DNA of 64,000 bases from an uncultured bacterium (GTDB lineage: Bacteria > Patescibacteriota > Doudnabacteria > UBA920). Below are positions 10,676 through 20,064 of the stretch, piece after piece. Positions within the stretch are counted from its first letter, which is position 1; each line of letters opens with the position of its first letter. A program made the translations under genes and the position numbers. Below the pieces are notes generated by a model, which did no database searches, was not told where the DNA came from, and saw only the letters and a list, made by a program, of their open reading frames with translations. The stretch covers positions 98,915 through 162,914 of the forward strand of contig CAVVMJ010000005.1 in assembly GCA_963749445.1 (NCBI GenBank). The letters are read 5' to 3'.

Positions 10676-10886
10676 AAAGCGCTTACCGATTATGATAACT
10701 GTCCACGATAATGCGAAAATCCATGGGAAAATGCGGGACTACCGGGATATGTACCTTACCGGCGGCCGCGAGGTTTATCAGGTTATGTAGAAATTTGTCA
10801 TGTTTGAACCGGCATGGACTTTCCGCGGTTTTTTTGATAAATTTAAACTGTGATAAATGGATCTTACCAGAAATCAATAAAAATTC

Positions 10887-11402
10887 ATGGTAGACATAAG
10901 CAATAAGGCAACCTTTCAGGACAATAATTTTGAAACGGCCAAAGACGAGTATTTTGATTTGCGCTGCAAATCCTGCGACAAGTTGCTGGCAAAATTGAAT
11001 CCCCAAGACGCCCGTTTGGACTTGCGGTGCCACCGCTGCGGCGGCATAAATTCCGTTTCTTACGGCACCGACCAGCAGGTGTATTTAACCGACAACGTGG
11101 GTAAAATACTCTACGTCAACGAACAGGTGGAGCAAATAACCGGCTATAGCGCGGAAGAAGTCTTGGGCAAAACTCCGGCGATTTGGGGCAGGCAAATGCC
11201 GCAGGACTTTTACCGCAAGCTCTGGAAGGATATTTTGGAAAAAAAGGAAACGGTTGTGGTCCACATTGTCAATCGCCGCAAGAACGGCCAGCTTTACAAA
11301 GCCCGCACCAGCATTTTTCCCATTTTGAACGAAAAGGGGAAGGTCAGCCACTTTTTGGGCATCCAGACAGTTACGGAAAAAATCGGCGAGCTTTTGGACT
11401 GA
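10887..11402 (+). CDS. zinc-ribbon plus PAS domain protein
   Basis: CKSCDKL...CHRCGG followed by the PAS-like stretch QVEQITGYSAEEVLGKTPAIWGRQMPQDFYRKLW. Confidence 0.6.
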   Translation: MVDISNKATFQDNNFETAKDEYFDLRCKSCDKLLAKLNPQDARLDLRCHRCGGINSVSYGTDQQVYLTDNVGKILYVNEQVEQITGYSAEEVLGKTPAIWGRQMPQDFYRKLWKDILEKKETVVVHIVNRRKNGQLYKARTSIFPILNEKGKVSHFLGIQTVTEKIGELLD

Positions 11403-11449
11403 AAAAATTTATCTATCATTAAGGAAAATCAACATTAATTTTAAATTCT

Positions 11450-11854
11450 ATGAAAGGTTATGCAGATAATATAGAAGAGGCGACTTTAAAAAACAGTAAT
11501 TTTCGCAAAGTGCTGTATACCGCCAAGCACAGCCAGCTGGTGTTGATGAGTTTAAAGCCCAAAGAGGAAATCGGCATGGAAGTCCACAAGGATAACGACC
11601 AATTTTTCCGTTTTGAGCGGGGGCAGGGCAAATGTTTTATTGACGGCAACGAGTATGATGTCGCGGACGGGTCAGCCGTCATTGTTCCGGCCGGAGCCGA
11701 GCACAACGTGGTTAACACTTCCGAAACTAAAGAATTAAAGCTCTACACCATTTACTCCCCGGCCCACCATAAAGACGGGATAGTGCGCGCGACCAAAGCG
11801 CAAGCCGAAGCCAAGGAAAACGACGAAGAGTTTGACGGCGTGACTACTGAATAG
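11450..11854 (+). CDS. cupin-domain protein
   Basis: GMEVHKDNDQFFRFERGQGKCFIDGNEYDVADGSAVIVPAGAEHNVVN. Confidence 0.65.
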   Translation: MKGYADNIEEATLKNSNFRKVLYTAKHSQLVLMSLKPKEEIGMEVHKDNDQFFRFERGQGKCFIDGNEYDVADGSAVIVPAGAEHNVVNTSETKELKLYTIYSPAHHKDGIVRATKAQAEAKENDEEFDGVTTE

Positions 11855-12096
11855 ATAATAAGTGCAAGCTTTAAGTTATGGCTGCCATTTTTTGATCATT
11901 AACTATGAGAACTTAGGCTCCGGGGTGTTCCATCCCGACCGACGACGAGTGCATCCGAGGAGGAGTGGAGGGATCTGTTCAAACAGTAAGTAATAGATTC
12001 CTCGACTCGTCCTCAGCTGCATTCGGACTCGCTCGGAATGGAACGTCAATGTGCAGTTAGAACCTTACAGCTCTGCTCCGGGGAGGATTCATTCTT

Positions 12097-12675
12097 ATGG
12101 ACACTCTCATCAACAAAACCGCAACCGCTTTGGTGGTGATTGATTTGCAAAAAGGCATTACTTCCATGCCGGCCAAGCCGCACGACGGCAAAATTGTAAT
12201 TGCCAATGCCGCCAAACTGGCCAAGGCTTTTAGGAAAAATAATATGCCGGTGTTTTTGGTGAGGATTTTAACATCAACTGACGGGAAAGACCGGCTGGCA
12301 CCAATCGTAGACGGCGAAAACCCGTGGTCAAGTCGCCAGATGCCGGCTGATTGGAGTGAAATTGTCCCAGAACTCGGGCCGGAACCAACCGATTTTATTA
12401 TTACCAAAAAACAGTGGGGAGCGTTTTACGGCACGGACCTGGATTTGCAGCTCCGCCGCAGGAAAATAGACACCATCGTCCTTTGCGGCATTGCCACTAA
12501 CATCGGCGTGGAAAGCACGGCGCGCTTTGCTTTTGAATACGGTTTTCAGCAAATTTTCGCGGAAGACGTCATGAGCGGCCGCAGCGCGGAAGAACACGAA
12601 TTTACCGTAAAAACTATTTTTCCCCGCCTTGGCCGCGTTCGAAGTGCCGAAGATATTTTAGCAGGCTTGGGATAG
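12097..12675 (+). CDS. isochorismatase-family cysteine hydrolase
   Basis: TALVVIDLQKGI... and CGIATNIGVESTAR. Confidence 0.7.
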   Translation: MDTLINKTATALVVIDLQKGITSMPAKPHDGKIVIANAAKLAKAFRKNNMPVFLVRILTSTDGKDRLAPIVDGENPWSSRQMPADWSEIVPELGPEPTDFIITKKQWGAFYGTDLDLQLRRRKIDTIVLCGIATNIGVESTARFAFEYGFQQIFAEDVMSGRSAEEHEFTVKTIFPRLGRVRSAEDILAGLG

Positions 12676-12692
12676 AGATGTGTTAAAAACCA

Positions 12693-12723
12693 GCCTTACT
12701 CGGCTGGTTTTTTATCTAGCTCA
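12693..12723. terminator. bidirectional terminator between convergent genes
   Basis: aaaaaccagccttactcggctggtttttt. Confidence 0.55.
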
Positions 12724-12992
12724 TAATCTACAGTCCAAATTTCATCGCCTTGTGCCGCCAATTGATTTGCGATGGCTTCCGCGGACCATCCAGGCGGCTG
12801 TAGTCCCGGGGAGATTCCACGGTATGTTTTATTGTTTATTACCGCAACCGCGACATAATTGTCAAAAGTACTTTTATAGATACTGACCGGTATTACTTCT
12901 GCCTTACCATCTGTTTCCCTTCGTAAGTTGGTTGTGGCTATTGGCTTTCCGGATTCCACGTCGGGCAATGTTCCCAAAGTCTCTTCACGCAT
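12696..12992 (-). CDS. hypothetical protein, translationally coupled to purB (2-nt gap)
   Basis: ATG 12990-12992 lies directly after the purB TAA at 12995-12997. Confidence 0.4.
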   Translation of the reverse strand: MREETLGTLPDVESGKPIATTNLRRETDGKAEVIPVSIYKSTFDNYVAVAVINNKTYRGISPGLQPPGWSAEAIANQLAAQGDEIWTVDYELDKKPAE

Positions 12993-12994
12993 AG

Positions 12995-14383
12995 TTATAG
13001 GTTAGCTAATTTTGATGCCAAACCGGTGTAATTTTCCGGCGTGAAAGATTTGAGTTCTTTTTTTACGGCATCGGAAACATCCAAATTATCAATGAACCGG
13101 TGAATATCCGCCAGCGTAATTTGTTTGCCGCGAGTTAACTCTTTTAATTGTTCGTACGGCATTTTTACGCCTTCGCGCCGCAAAATGGTTTGAATGGCTT
13201 CGGCCACGACTTCGGGATGGCTGTTTAGATCTTCGCGCACTTTTTGTTCGTTGATTGTTATCCGCGACAAACCCTTGAGTAAATATTCATAAGCGATCAA
13301 ACAATGCGCTAAAGCGGTGCCAAAATTTCTTTCCACCGTGGAATCAGACAAATCCCTTTGAAGGCGAGAGATCGGCAGTTTGCGGGAAAAGAACTCAAAC
13401 AGCGCGTTGGCCATTCCCAAATTTCCTTCGCTGTTTTCAAACTTAATCGGATTAATTTTGTGCGGCATGGTGGAGCTTCCCACGGCACCTTCCACGGGTT
13501 TTTGCACAATCCATTCATCACTAATGTAGCGCCAAATGTCCTGGTTAAAATCAATCAAGATGGTGTTAATGCGACGGAGGTTGTCAAAAATTTCAGCCTC
13601 GCTGTCGTGCGGGTCAATTTGCGTGGCAACAAGGTTTGGCTCTAAGGCAATCAAGCGATTGCGATTGAGGATTTTGATAAATTTTTTGGAAAATTCAACC
13701 CAGTTTATTCTTGGAAAGGCCGCCACGGCCGCGTTAAAGTTGCCCGTGGCGCCGCTGAATTTTACGGAAACTCTTTGGCTTCTTAATTGGTTCAGCTGTT
13801 TTTTTAACCGGTAGCCGAAGACTTTAAATTCTTTGCCAAAGGTGGTGGGGGAGGCGCTTTGGCCGTGGGTGCGGGCCAGCATGGGAAGATTTTTATATTT
13901 TTTGGACAAAGTCTCAAAGGCTTTTTGGATTTTATCGAGCCTGGGAATAATTACCTCTTCCAAGCCTTCGCTTAACATCAGCGCCCGCGCCGGGGTGTTA
14001 ATGTCGTAAGAAGTTAGGGCAAAATGAACCCATTCCAAAACATCCTTAAGCGAGGTATTGGTTAATTTATCTTTGATATAGTATTCCACGGCTTTGACGT
14101 CGTGGTCCGTGGCTTTGATGTTTTTGTAGCCTTTGGTTTCGATGTCGGAAATTATTTGAGCATCGGCATCCGATAAATCGTAAAGCGAGCGGACGAGGGT
14201 TTTTTCTTTAACGGATAAAGATCGCAGGTATTTTTTTGTACCCGGAAGCTCGGAAAGCGCGATTAAGTATTCGCCTTCCACGGCAATTCGATATTTCATC
14301 AAAGCAGCTTCTCTGAAATATTGCGCGAGCGGTTCGGTGGTTTTGCGGTATCGGCCGTCGATGGGGGATATGGAATTTAGCAT
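12995..14383 (-). CDS. purB: adenylosuccinate lyase
   Basis: MLNSISPIDGRYRKTTEPLAQYF..., 462 aa. Confidence 0.9.
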   Translation of the reverse strand: MLNSISPIDGRYRKTTEPLAQYFREAALMKYRIAVEGEYLIALSELPGTKKYLRSLSVKEKTLVRSLYDLSDADAQIISDIETKGYKNIKATDHDVKAVEYYIKDKLTNTSLKDVLEWVHFALTSYDINTPARALMLSEGLEEVIIPRLDKIQKAFETLSKKYKNLPMLARTHGQSASPTTFGKEFKVFGYRLKKQLNQLRSQRVSVKFSGATGNFNAAVAAFPRINWVEFSKKFIKILNRNRLIALEPNLVATQIDPHDSEAEIFDNLRRINTILIDFNQDIWRYISDEWIVQKPVEGAVGSSTMPHKINPIKFENSEGNLGMANALFEFFSRKLPISRLQRDLSDSTVERNFGTALAHCLIAYEYLLKGLSRITINEQKVREDLNSHPEVVAEAIQTILRREGVKMPYEQLKELTRGKQITLADIHRFIDNLDVSDAVKKELKSFTPENYTGLASKLANL

Positions 14384-14386
14384 AGT

Positions 14387-14902
14387 TGTAGCGTGCCGAT
14401 TTATCGGCGTCTAAGTTATTTGTAGAATTGATCAAATTTAAGCAATAATTCTTGGGGATTATTTTGAATGTATTCCCGAATTTTAGTCAGGGCTTTTTCG
14501 TTTCTGACAACGTGTTCATAATAATTCGATTGCCAAAGATTTTGCCCGAAGGTATGGGAAACCTTGGCTTTAAATCTTCGGACGATCTCTCCCAGGTGCA
14601 ATTTGCAGTTGTGAAGGATGAAAATTATATGGATATGATTAGGCATAATCACAAAATAATCCAGTTCAATACCCGGGGTCTTAGATTGGAGGTCTTGCAA
14701 TTCGTTTTCCACTAGAATTTCATTATTTTGAAATAAGTTTTGCCTTAATTTGGCCACAGCGGTCACGAAGTAATATCCATCGGACGTATAATCATATTGT
14801 TTTAGACGAATGTTTTTTCTTCCGTCCATAGGATTGTCCTTCGACGCCGATAAATCGGCACGCTACATAGACCGGTGGGTGTAGCGTGCCCATTTATGGG
14901 CG
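14387..14902 (-). mobile_element. REP-RAYT unit inserted between purC and purB
   Basis: TGTAGCGTGCCGATTTATCGGCGTC at 14387-14411 and its exact reverse complement at 14843-14867 flank the Y1 transposase gene. A variant TGTAGCGTGCCCATTTATGGGCG lies at 14880-14902. Confidence 0.65.
14416..14829 (-). CDS. REP-associated tyrosine transposase (RAYT, IS200-like Y1 HUH transposase)
   Basis: HUH motif MPNHIHIIF. Catalytic-Tyr region NYYEHVVRNE. 137 aa. Confidence 0.75.
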   Translation of the reverse strand: MDGRKNIRLKQYDYTSDGYYFVTAVAKLRQNLFQNNEILVENELQDLQSKTPGIELDYFVIMPNHIHIIFILHNCKLHLGEIVRRFKAKVSHTFGQNLWQSNYYEHVVRNEKALTKIREYIQNNPQELLLKFDQFYK

Positions 14903-14903
14903 A

Positions 14904-15926
14904 TCAGTGTATTTGGTATTTTTTAAGGTTATGCTCAATCCTCTCCGCAATCGGCGTTTGTAAATCCGTTTCAAATTTTTTGCCGGTAATTTGTTCGTAG
15001 ATTTGTATATATCTTGACGACAGCTCGGCAACCATGTCGGCGGGGGCAGCGGGCAAAACTTTGTCTTTGTAGGGGTCGGAATGTTCCTTAAACCACAGGC
15101 GCAGGAACTCTTTGTCAAAATTTTGCGGCTCCTGGCCCGCGTTTATGCGTTCTTGATATGAATCCGCCTGCCAATACCGGGAAGAGTCCGGCGTATGGAT
15201 TTCATCTATTAACGTTAATTTGCCATCATCAGCCAGCCCAAATTCGTACTTGGTATCAACCAAAATCAGCCCGCGGTTTAGCGCTACTTCCTGGCCGCGC
15301 TTAAAAAGTTTGATGGCAATATCGGCTAATTGTTTCCACAATTTTTCCGTCACGATTTTTTCTTTGATGATGTCAGCCGCGCTCAAGGGCCGGTCGTGCT
15401 CATCGGATTTAGTGGTTGGAGTTAGCACTGGTTTATCAAGTTTCCGATTTTTTTTCATCCCGTCGGGCAAAGTAAAATCGCCAAAATTCCGCTCGCCCTT
15501 TTGGTACAAAGTCCACAGCGCGGTACCGGTAACGCCGGTAATGTAGCCTCGCACCACCATTTCAAGGGGAATTACAGAACACTTTTTTACCACTACCGCG
15601 TTGGGGTCGGGGCAATCGATGATGTGATTTTGGATAATATCCTTAGTCTGGTCAAACCAAAACTTGCTGGTCTGCGTAAGCACTTGGCCTTTAAAGGGGA
15701 TAAGCGCAAGATTGCGGTCAAATGCTGAATATCTATCCGTGGATACTAAAATCAGTCTATCCGCCTGGGTATAAATATCCCTTACCTTGCCCTGCCTACG
15801 TTGTCCAAAATTTTTAAATTCCGTTTTTTCCAAGACACGGTGTATGTTTTTTTCGATTGTTTGTTTGTCCATATTTTTTACTATTCTCGTATTCGCGCGA
15901 ATTAGAGATCGATATTTTAATTCCAA
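14904..15926 (-). CDS. purC: SAICAR synthetase (long form); likely true start at MDKQ (15872)
   Basis: GKVRDIYTQADRLILVSTDRYSAFD and VDTKYEFG. Confidence 0.85.
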   Translation of the reverse strand: MELKYRSLIRANTRIVKNMDKQTIEKNIHRVLEKTEFKNFGQRRQGKVRDIYTQADRLILVSTDRYSAFDRNLALIPFKGQVLTQTSKFWFDQTKDIIQNHIIDCPDPNAVVVKKCSVIPLEMVVRGYITGVTGTALWTLYQKGERNFGDFTLPDGMKKNRKLDKPVLTPTTKSDEHDRPLSAADIIKEKIVTEKLWKQLADIAIKLFKRGQEVALNRGLILVDTKYEFGLADDGKLTLIDEIHTPDSSRYWQADSYQERINAGQEPQNFDKEFLRLWFKEHSDPYKDKVLPAAPADMVAELSSRYIQIYEQITGKKFETDLQTPIAERIEHNLKKYQIH

Positions 15927-16954
15927 TTTAATTGCCCTTCAAATTCAACAAGCTTATTTCCTTCTTTAATGACTCCGATTTCGTAAGCATCCACGCCGTA
16001 TTTTTTTAAATGCAGGATGGTTTCATCAACAAATGATTTTTTGACAACAGCGGCAATGCCGACCCCCATATTGAACGTCCTTAACATATCGGCGTCTTCC
16101 AATTGCCCGATTTTTTTTAACGTTTTAAATATCGGCAGGATTTTTATTTTATTAATATCTACCAGCGCGTTCAGGTTATTGGGTAGTATGCGGTTAAGGT
16201 TCTCTTTAATGCCGCCGCCCGTAATATGAGCCAAGCCCACTAATTCCTTTTTTGGAAATAAATCCTTCAGCGAGTTGTAATAGCAGCGATGGGGAGTAAG
16301 TACGGCTTGGATAAAAGGCTTGCCGTCAATATTTTCTTTTAGGATTTCAGGAAACTTTTCCATTAATTTTCTAACCAGAGAAATGCCGTTAGTATGCACT
16401 CCGTTGGATGCCAGAGCCAGCACAACATCTCCTTTTTTAATTTTTGATCCGTCGATAATCAAATTTTTTTCCACCACTCCGGTGATGCTTGCTGTCAAAA
16501 TATAAGTTCCGGCTTCCACCACTCCGGGTTGTTCCGAAGTTTCCCCTCCGGTTAAAACACAGCCATTTTCTTTGCAGGCTGTCGAAATTGATGAAACGAT
16601 TTTTAAAATAACTTCTTTTTCCATTTTTCCGCAGACAATGCAGTCCTGTACGGAAAGAGGTTTTGCCCCCATTACAATGGCATCGTTGATCAAATGGCCG
16701 ATAAGGTCGTAGCAGATTGTTTCAATACTGCCATGTTGCAAGGCCAGTTTTTGTTTGGTGCCCGGCTCTTCGGTTTTGAATACCAAAATCGGATGTTTGT
16801 ATTCTGGAAAAGACCCGTCAAAAAGGCTGGCGAAAGCCCCAATCCTGTTCAGGACTTTGGAGTCAGAAGTTTCTAAAGCTTTGGCCATTTGGCGTTTGGT
16901 GTCGTTGGCCACGTCTATATCTACACCGGATGTTTTGTACGATAGTTTTGTCAT
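15917..16954 (-). CDS. purM: AIR synthetase
   Basis: MTKLSYKTSGVDIDVANDTKRQM... Confidence 0.9.
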   Translation of the reverse strand: MTKLSYKTSGVDIDVANDTKRQMAKALETSDSKVLNRIGAFASLFDGSFPEYKHPILVFKTEEPGTKQKLALQHGSIETICYDLIGHLINDAIVMGAKPLSVQDCIVCGKMEKEVILKIVSSISTACKENGCVLTGGETSEQPGVVEAGTYILTASITGVVEKNLIIDGSKIKKGDVVLALASNGVHTNGISLVRKLMEKFPEILKENIDGKPFIQAVLTPHRCYYNSLKDLFPKKELVGLAHITGGGIKENLNRILPNNLNALVDINKIKILPIFKTLKKIGQLEDADMLRTFNMGVGIAAVVKKSFVDETILHLKKYGVDAYEIGVIKEGNKLVEFEGQLNWN

Positions 16955-17466
16955 TTATTTTCCAAATATTTTTTATATCCCTGTTCTTCCAATTTTTTGG
17001 ATTTTTCGTTTACGACTTCCGCCATTGTTTTTTTGTAGTCAACTAATTTTTTTGCTAAATTTTCATCCGCTATCGCTAAAATTTGTATGGCTAACAACCC
17101 GGCGTTTTTGGCGCCGTCGATGGCGACCGTGGCAACGGGGATGCCCGGGGGCATTTGCATGGTGGAGAGCAGGGCGTCCAGGCCTTCCAGTTTCCAGTTT
17201 ATGGGCACGCCGATTATTGGCAGGGTAGTGTTGGCTGCCATAGTTCCTGCCAAATGCGCGGCACCGCCCGCGCTGGCAATTATCACTTTGAGGCCGCGCG
17301 AAACTGCCGTAGTTGCATACTCGCGCGCCCGTTCCGGCGTCCTGTGCGCGGAATTCACGCTCATCTCAAAAGCCACGCCAAATTCCTCCAAAACCTTAAC
17401 CGCTTCCTGCATCACTTTAAGGTCGGAGTCCGAGCCCAAAATTATTCCTATAAGTGGTTTGTCCAT
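16951..17466 (-). CDS. purE: N5-CAIR mutase
   Basis: IGIILGSDSDLKVMQEA...ASAGGAAHLAG. Confidence 0.9.
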   Translation of the reverse strand: MDKPLIGIILGSDSDLKVMQEAVKVLEEFGVAFEMSVNSAHRTPERAREYATTAVSRGLKVIIASAGGAAHLAGTMAANTTLPIIGVPINWKLEGLDALLSTMQMPPGIPVATVAIDGAKNAGLLAIQILAIADENLAKKLVDYKKTMAEVVNEKSKKLEEQGYKKYLENK

Positions 17467-17514
17467 AGGTCTATTTTAGCATAAGTCTTATAGGTCTGAT
17501 AGGATGGATAAGAC

Positions 17515-18195
17515 TTATTTGCCGTTTAATTTTTTGATAATGCCGATTAAATCTTTCATATTGTGTATAAGAAAGTCGGGATGGTGCTTTTTTAGGCGGG
17601 CGGTGGTGTTAAACCCTCCGGTTATTCCAACTGTATAGAACCCCAATTTTTTTCCGATCTCCAGTTCTTCTTCGGTGTCGCCGATAGAAATTACCTCTTT
17701 TGGTTTATAATGTTCTATTTTTACAAAAGCATGGAGTTTTTGCTCTTTGGTCCTGTCGTGCAAGTGGGAATGGATGTCGGCCGGTGTTCTTGCTAAAGTC
17801 TTTGTAATTAATTTTTTTAAACCTAATCTTTTAAGTTGTCTTTCGATGTCAGTAACAACATGGTTGCTGTAAATTATCGCATTAATGTTATTTTTGTCCA
17901 GCCACTCAAGCGCAGGCCTGACTCCGTTCCTGCTCCTTACTTTTGCCACCCTTTTTTCGTATAATTTATAGAAAAAATCCCATTGTTTAACCGCGAATTT
18001 TTCAAAATTTTCTTTTGGACAGCCGTTGGCTTCGTAAAATTTATATATGGGGACGTGGAATGTATCGCGAAATTGTTTTAAGGTTATGGGGCCGTACCCA
18101 AAAGCTTCCAAAGTTTTGCTGCTTATTTCCCCATGGGCTATTGTGTCGGCCAACAGGGTGCCGTTCCAGTCAAAGGCGATTAATTTTATAGCCAT
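17515..18195 (-). CDS. HAD-superfamily hydrolase
   Basis: IAFDWNGTLLADT and ISIGDTEEE. Confidence 0.6.
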   Translation of the reverse strand: MAIKLIAFDWNGTLLADTIAHGEISSKTLEAFGYGPITLKQFRDTFHVPIYKFYEANGCPKENFEKFAVKQWDFFYKLYEKRVAKVRSRNGVRPALEWLDKNNINAIIYSNHVVTDIERQLKRLGLKKLITKTLARTPADIHSHLHDRTKEQKLHAFVKIEHYKPKEVISIGDTEEELEIGKKLGFYTVGITGGFNTTARLKKHHPDFLIHNMKDLIGIIKKLNGK

Positions 18196-18244
18196 AAAAT
18201 TTTTCTACTAAATACTAAAGGGGCTAAATACGAAAAGTTCGACC

Positions 18245-19672
18245 TCATCTGCCGCTCGTAGATGCTACTGGCGACATCTTCTCCTTGCCAGGAGAAGAGG
18301 GAAACACGGATAAGGATTGCTGGCCGATGTCTGTTCTATAATGCATACCGTCAAAGTTTATAAGATTTACAGCGGCGTAAGCTTTGTTGAGGGCGGATTG
18401 TAAATCATCAGCAATTGCCGTGACTCCGAGGACTCGGCCGCCGTTTGTTACCAACCTCTCCCGGCCTTCGGCCGCCCTCCCCTCATCCCTCGACTCCGCT
18501 CGGGGTGACCTTGAGCTTGCCGAAAGGTCATGAGGGGAGGGGCGGGGAGAGGTTGCAGTACCGGCGTGGAAAATTACAATATCACCAAGCTTTTCCGCTT
18601 GTTCTATGCCGGTTATTGGCAAACCTTTTTCGTATTTGCCCGGGTAGCCGCCGCTGGCTAAGACAATACAGCAGGCAAAGCCCGGGTGCCATTCAATTTT
18701 AATTTTATCTAAAGTTCCTTCCACACTAGCCATCAGGACATCAAAAAGATCGGTTTTCATCAGTCTCATCAAACTTTGCATTTCCGGGTCACCGAAACGG
18801 CAGTTAAATTCAATAACCTTGGGGCCGTCATCCGTTAAAATTAATCCGGGATATAACAGTCCCATAAATGGCGAACTTTCTTTTTTTAGGGCTTTGAGGA
18901 TGGGGGTGACTATGGTATTGGCAACGGTATTTAAAAGATTTTGATTTACCCACGGCACTGGAGCAATAGTGCCCATGCCGCCGGTGTTCGGGCCCTTTCC
19001 GTCGTCAAAAATAGGCTTATGATCTTGCGCCGAAGGCAAGAGTTGGAAGTTTTTGCCGTCGCAAAAAGCGTGGATGGAAAATTCCGGTCCTTGTAAAAAT
19101 TCTTCTATGACTACGTCGTTGCCTGCGTCGCCGAATACTTTTTCCACCATCGCGGCCTTTAGCGCGGCCTTAGCTTCGGTCATTGTCTTGCATACTGTTA
19201 CGCCTTTTCCCAAAGCAAGGCCCGAAGCTTTAATAACTATGGGGGCTTTTATGGTTTCCAGATATTTAAGCGCGTGGTCGTAATTGCTAAAGACTTGGAA
19301 GCGCGCGGTCGGGATATTGGCTTTTTGCATCAAGTCTTTGGCAAAGGCTTTGGAAGCTTCTATGCGCGCCGCCGCCTGGGTCGGCCCCCAAATCAGCAGT
19401 TTGCGTTTTTTAAATTTATTGACAATCCCCAAAGCCAGCGGGTCATCTTGTCCCACTACCGTCAAATCAATTTTCTTTTTTTCCGCAAAATCAGCTAAGG
19501 CATCAATATCTGTGGCTTTGATGTCGATGTTCTCGGCGACTTGCGCCGTGCCGCCGTTGCCCGGGGCCACATAAATTTTCCCGACTTTGGGTGACTGTTT
19601 TAGTTTCCACGCCAAAGCGTGCTCCCGCCCGCCGCCGCCGATGATTAAGATTTTAGATAAGTTTTGCCTCAT
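18245..19672 (-). CDS. purD: phosphoribosylamine-glycine ligase carrying an in-frame 34-aa palindromic-element insertion
   Basis: KILIIGGGGREHALAWKL... 475 aa versus about 425 typical. The extra segment SPRPSPHDLSASSRSPRAESRDEGRAAEGRERL sits just before the conserved VTNGGRVLGV. Confidence 0.85.
   Translation of the reverse strand: MRQNLSKILIIGGGGREHALAWKLKQSPKVGKIYVAPGNGGTAQVAENIDIKATDIDALADFAEKKKIDLTVVGQDDPLALGIVNKFKKRKLLIWGPTQAAARIEASKAFAKDLMQKANIPTARFQVFSNYDHALKYLETIKAPIVIKASGLALGKGVTVCKTMTEAKAALKAAMVEKVFGDAGNDVVIEEFLQGPEFSIHAFCDGKNFQLLPSAQDHKPIFDDGKGPNTGGMGTIAPVPWVNQNLLNTVANTIVTPILKALKKESSPFMGLLYPGLILTDDGPKVIEFNCRFGDPEMQSLMRLMKTDLFDVLMASVEGTLDKIKIEWHPGFACCIVLASGGYPGKYEKGLPITGIEQAEKLGDIVIFHAGTATSPRPSPHDLSASSRSPRAESRDEGRAAEGRERLVTNGGRVLGVTAIADDLQSALNKAYAAVNLINFDGMHYRTDIGQQSLSVFPSSPGKEKMSPVASTSGR
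18452..18555. repeat. GC-rich palindromic insertion element inside purD (family B core CCCTCGACTCCGCTCGGGG)
   Basis: caacctctccc...gggagaggttg terminal inverted repeats, an internal tgacc...ggtca hairpin and the core ccctcgactccgctcgggg. About 104 bp. Confidence 0.7.
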
Positions 19673-19994
19673 GGTGCGCTGCCCCTGGTTGATTTTTTAG
19701 GCGATATTTTATTACCGGTTTCCCATCCTCAAGGCAAAAAAAAAATTCTAAAGTGCCGCGTTTTATAGTAATCTCGTTGCCGGGTTTTACAAGAGAGAGC
19801 TGGATTCGTATTTCTTCAGGGCTCATCCCAAGTTTTTCAGATAAGTCCGGCCGTTCAGCGCCGGGTTTTTTTATATCATGTTTTTTTAAAAGATTTTTAA
19901 CTCCCATGGTCGCGCCTTCCGCGCCAACGATTAGCCCTGCTCCGGCTACTGCGCCTGTTAAGAAATTTCTCCTGTCAATAAGTCTGTCTGGCAT
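19653..19994 (-). CDS. small hypothetical protein with twin-arginine-like N-terminus (RRNFLTGAVAGAGLIVGA); overlaps purD start by 20 nt
   Basis: 113-aa ORF on the same strand as the pur genes. Confidence 0.35.
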   Translation of the reverse strand: MPDRLIDRRNFLTGAVAGAGLIVGAEGATMGVKNLLKKHDIKKPGAERPDLSEKLGMSPEEIRIQLSLVKPGNEITIKRGTLEFFFCLEDGKPVIKYRLKNQPGAAHHEAKLI

Positions 19995-20064
19995 ATATTT
20001 AGTTGGTTAATTTTAAAAAAAATAAAAAAGTGTAGCAAAAAATTTCGTGACGAGTAAGGTTATT

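Noticed and set aside
19653-19994. Small ORF next to purD as PurS
   Set aside because: Has a hydrophobic twin-arginine-like N-terminus and no resemblance to the PurS beta-alpha-beta-beta-alpha-beta pattern
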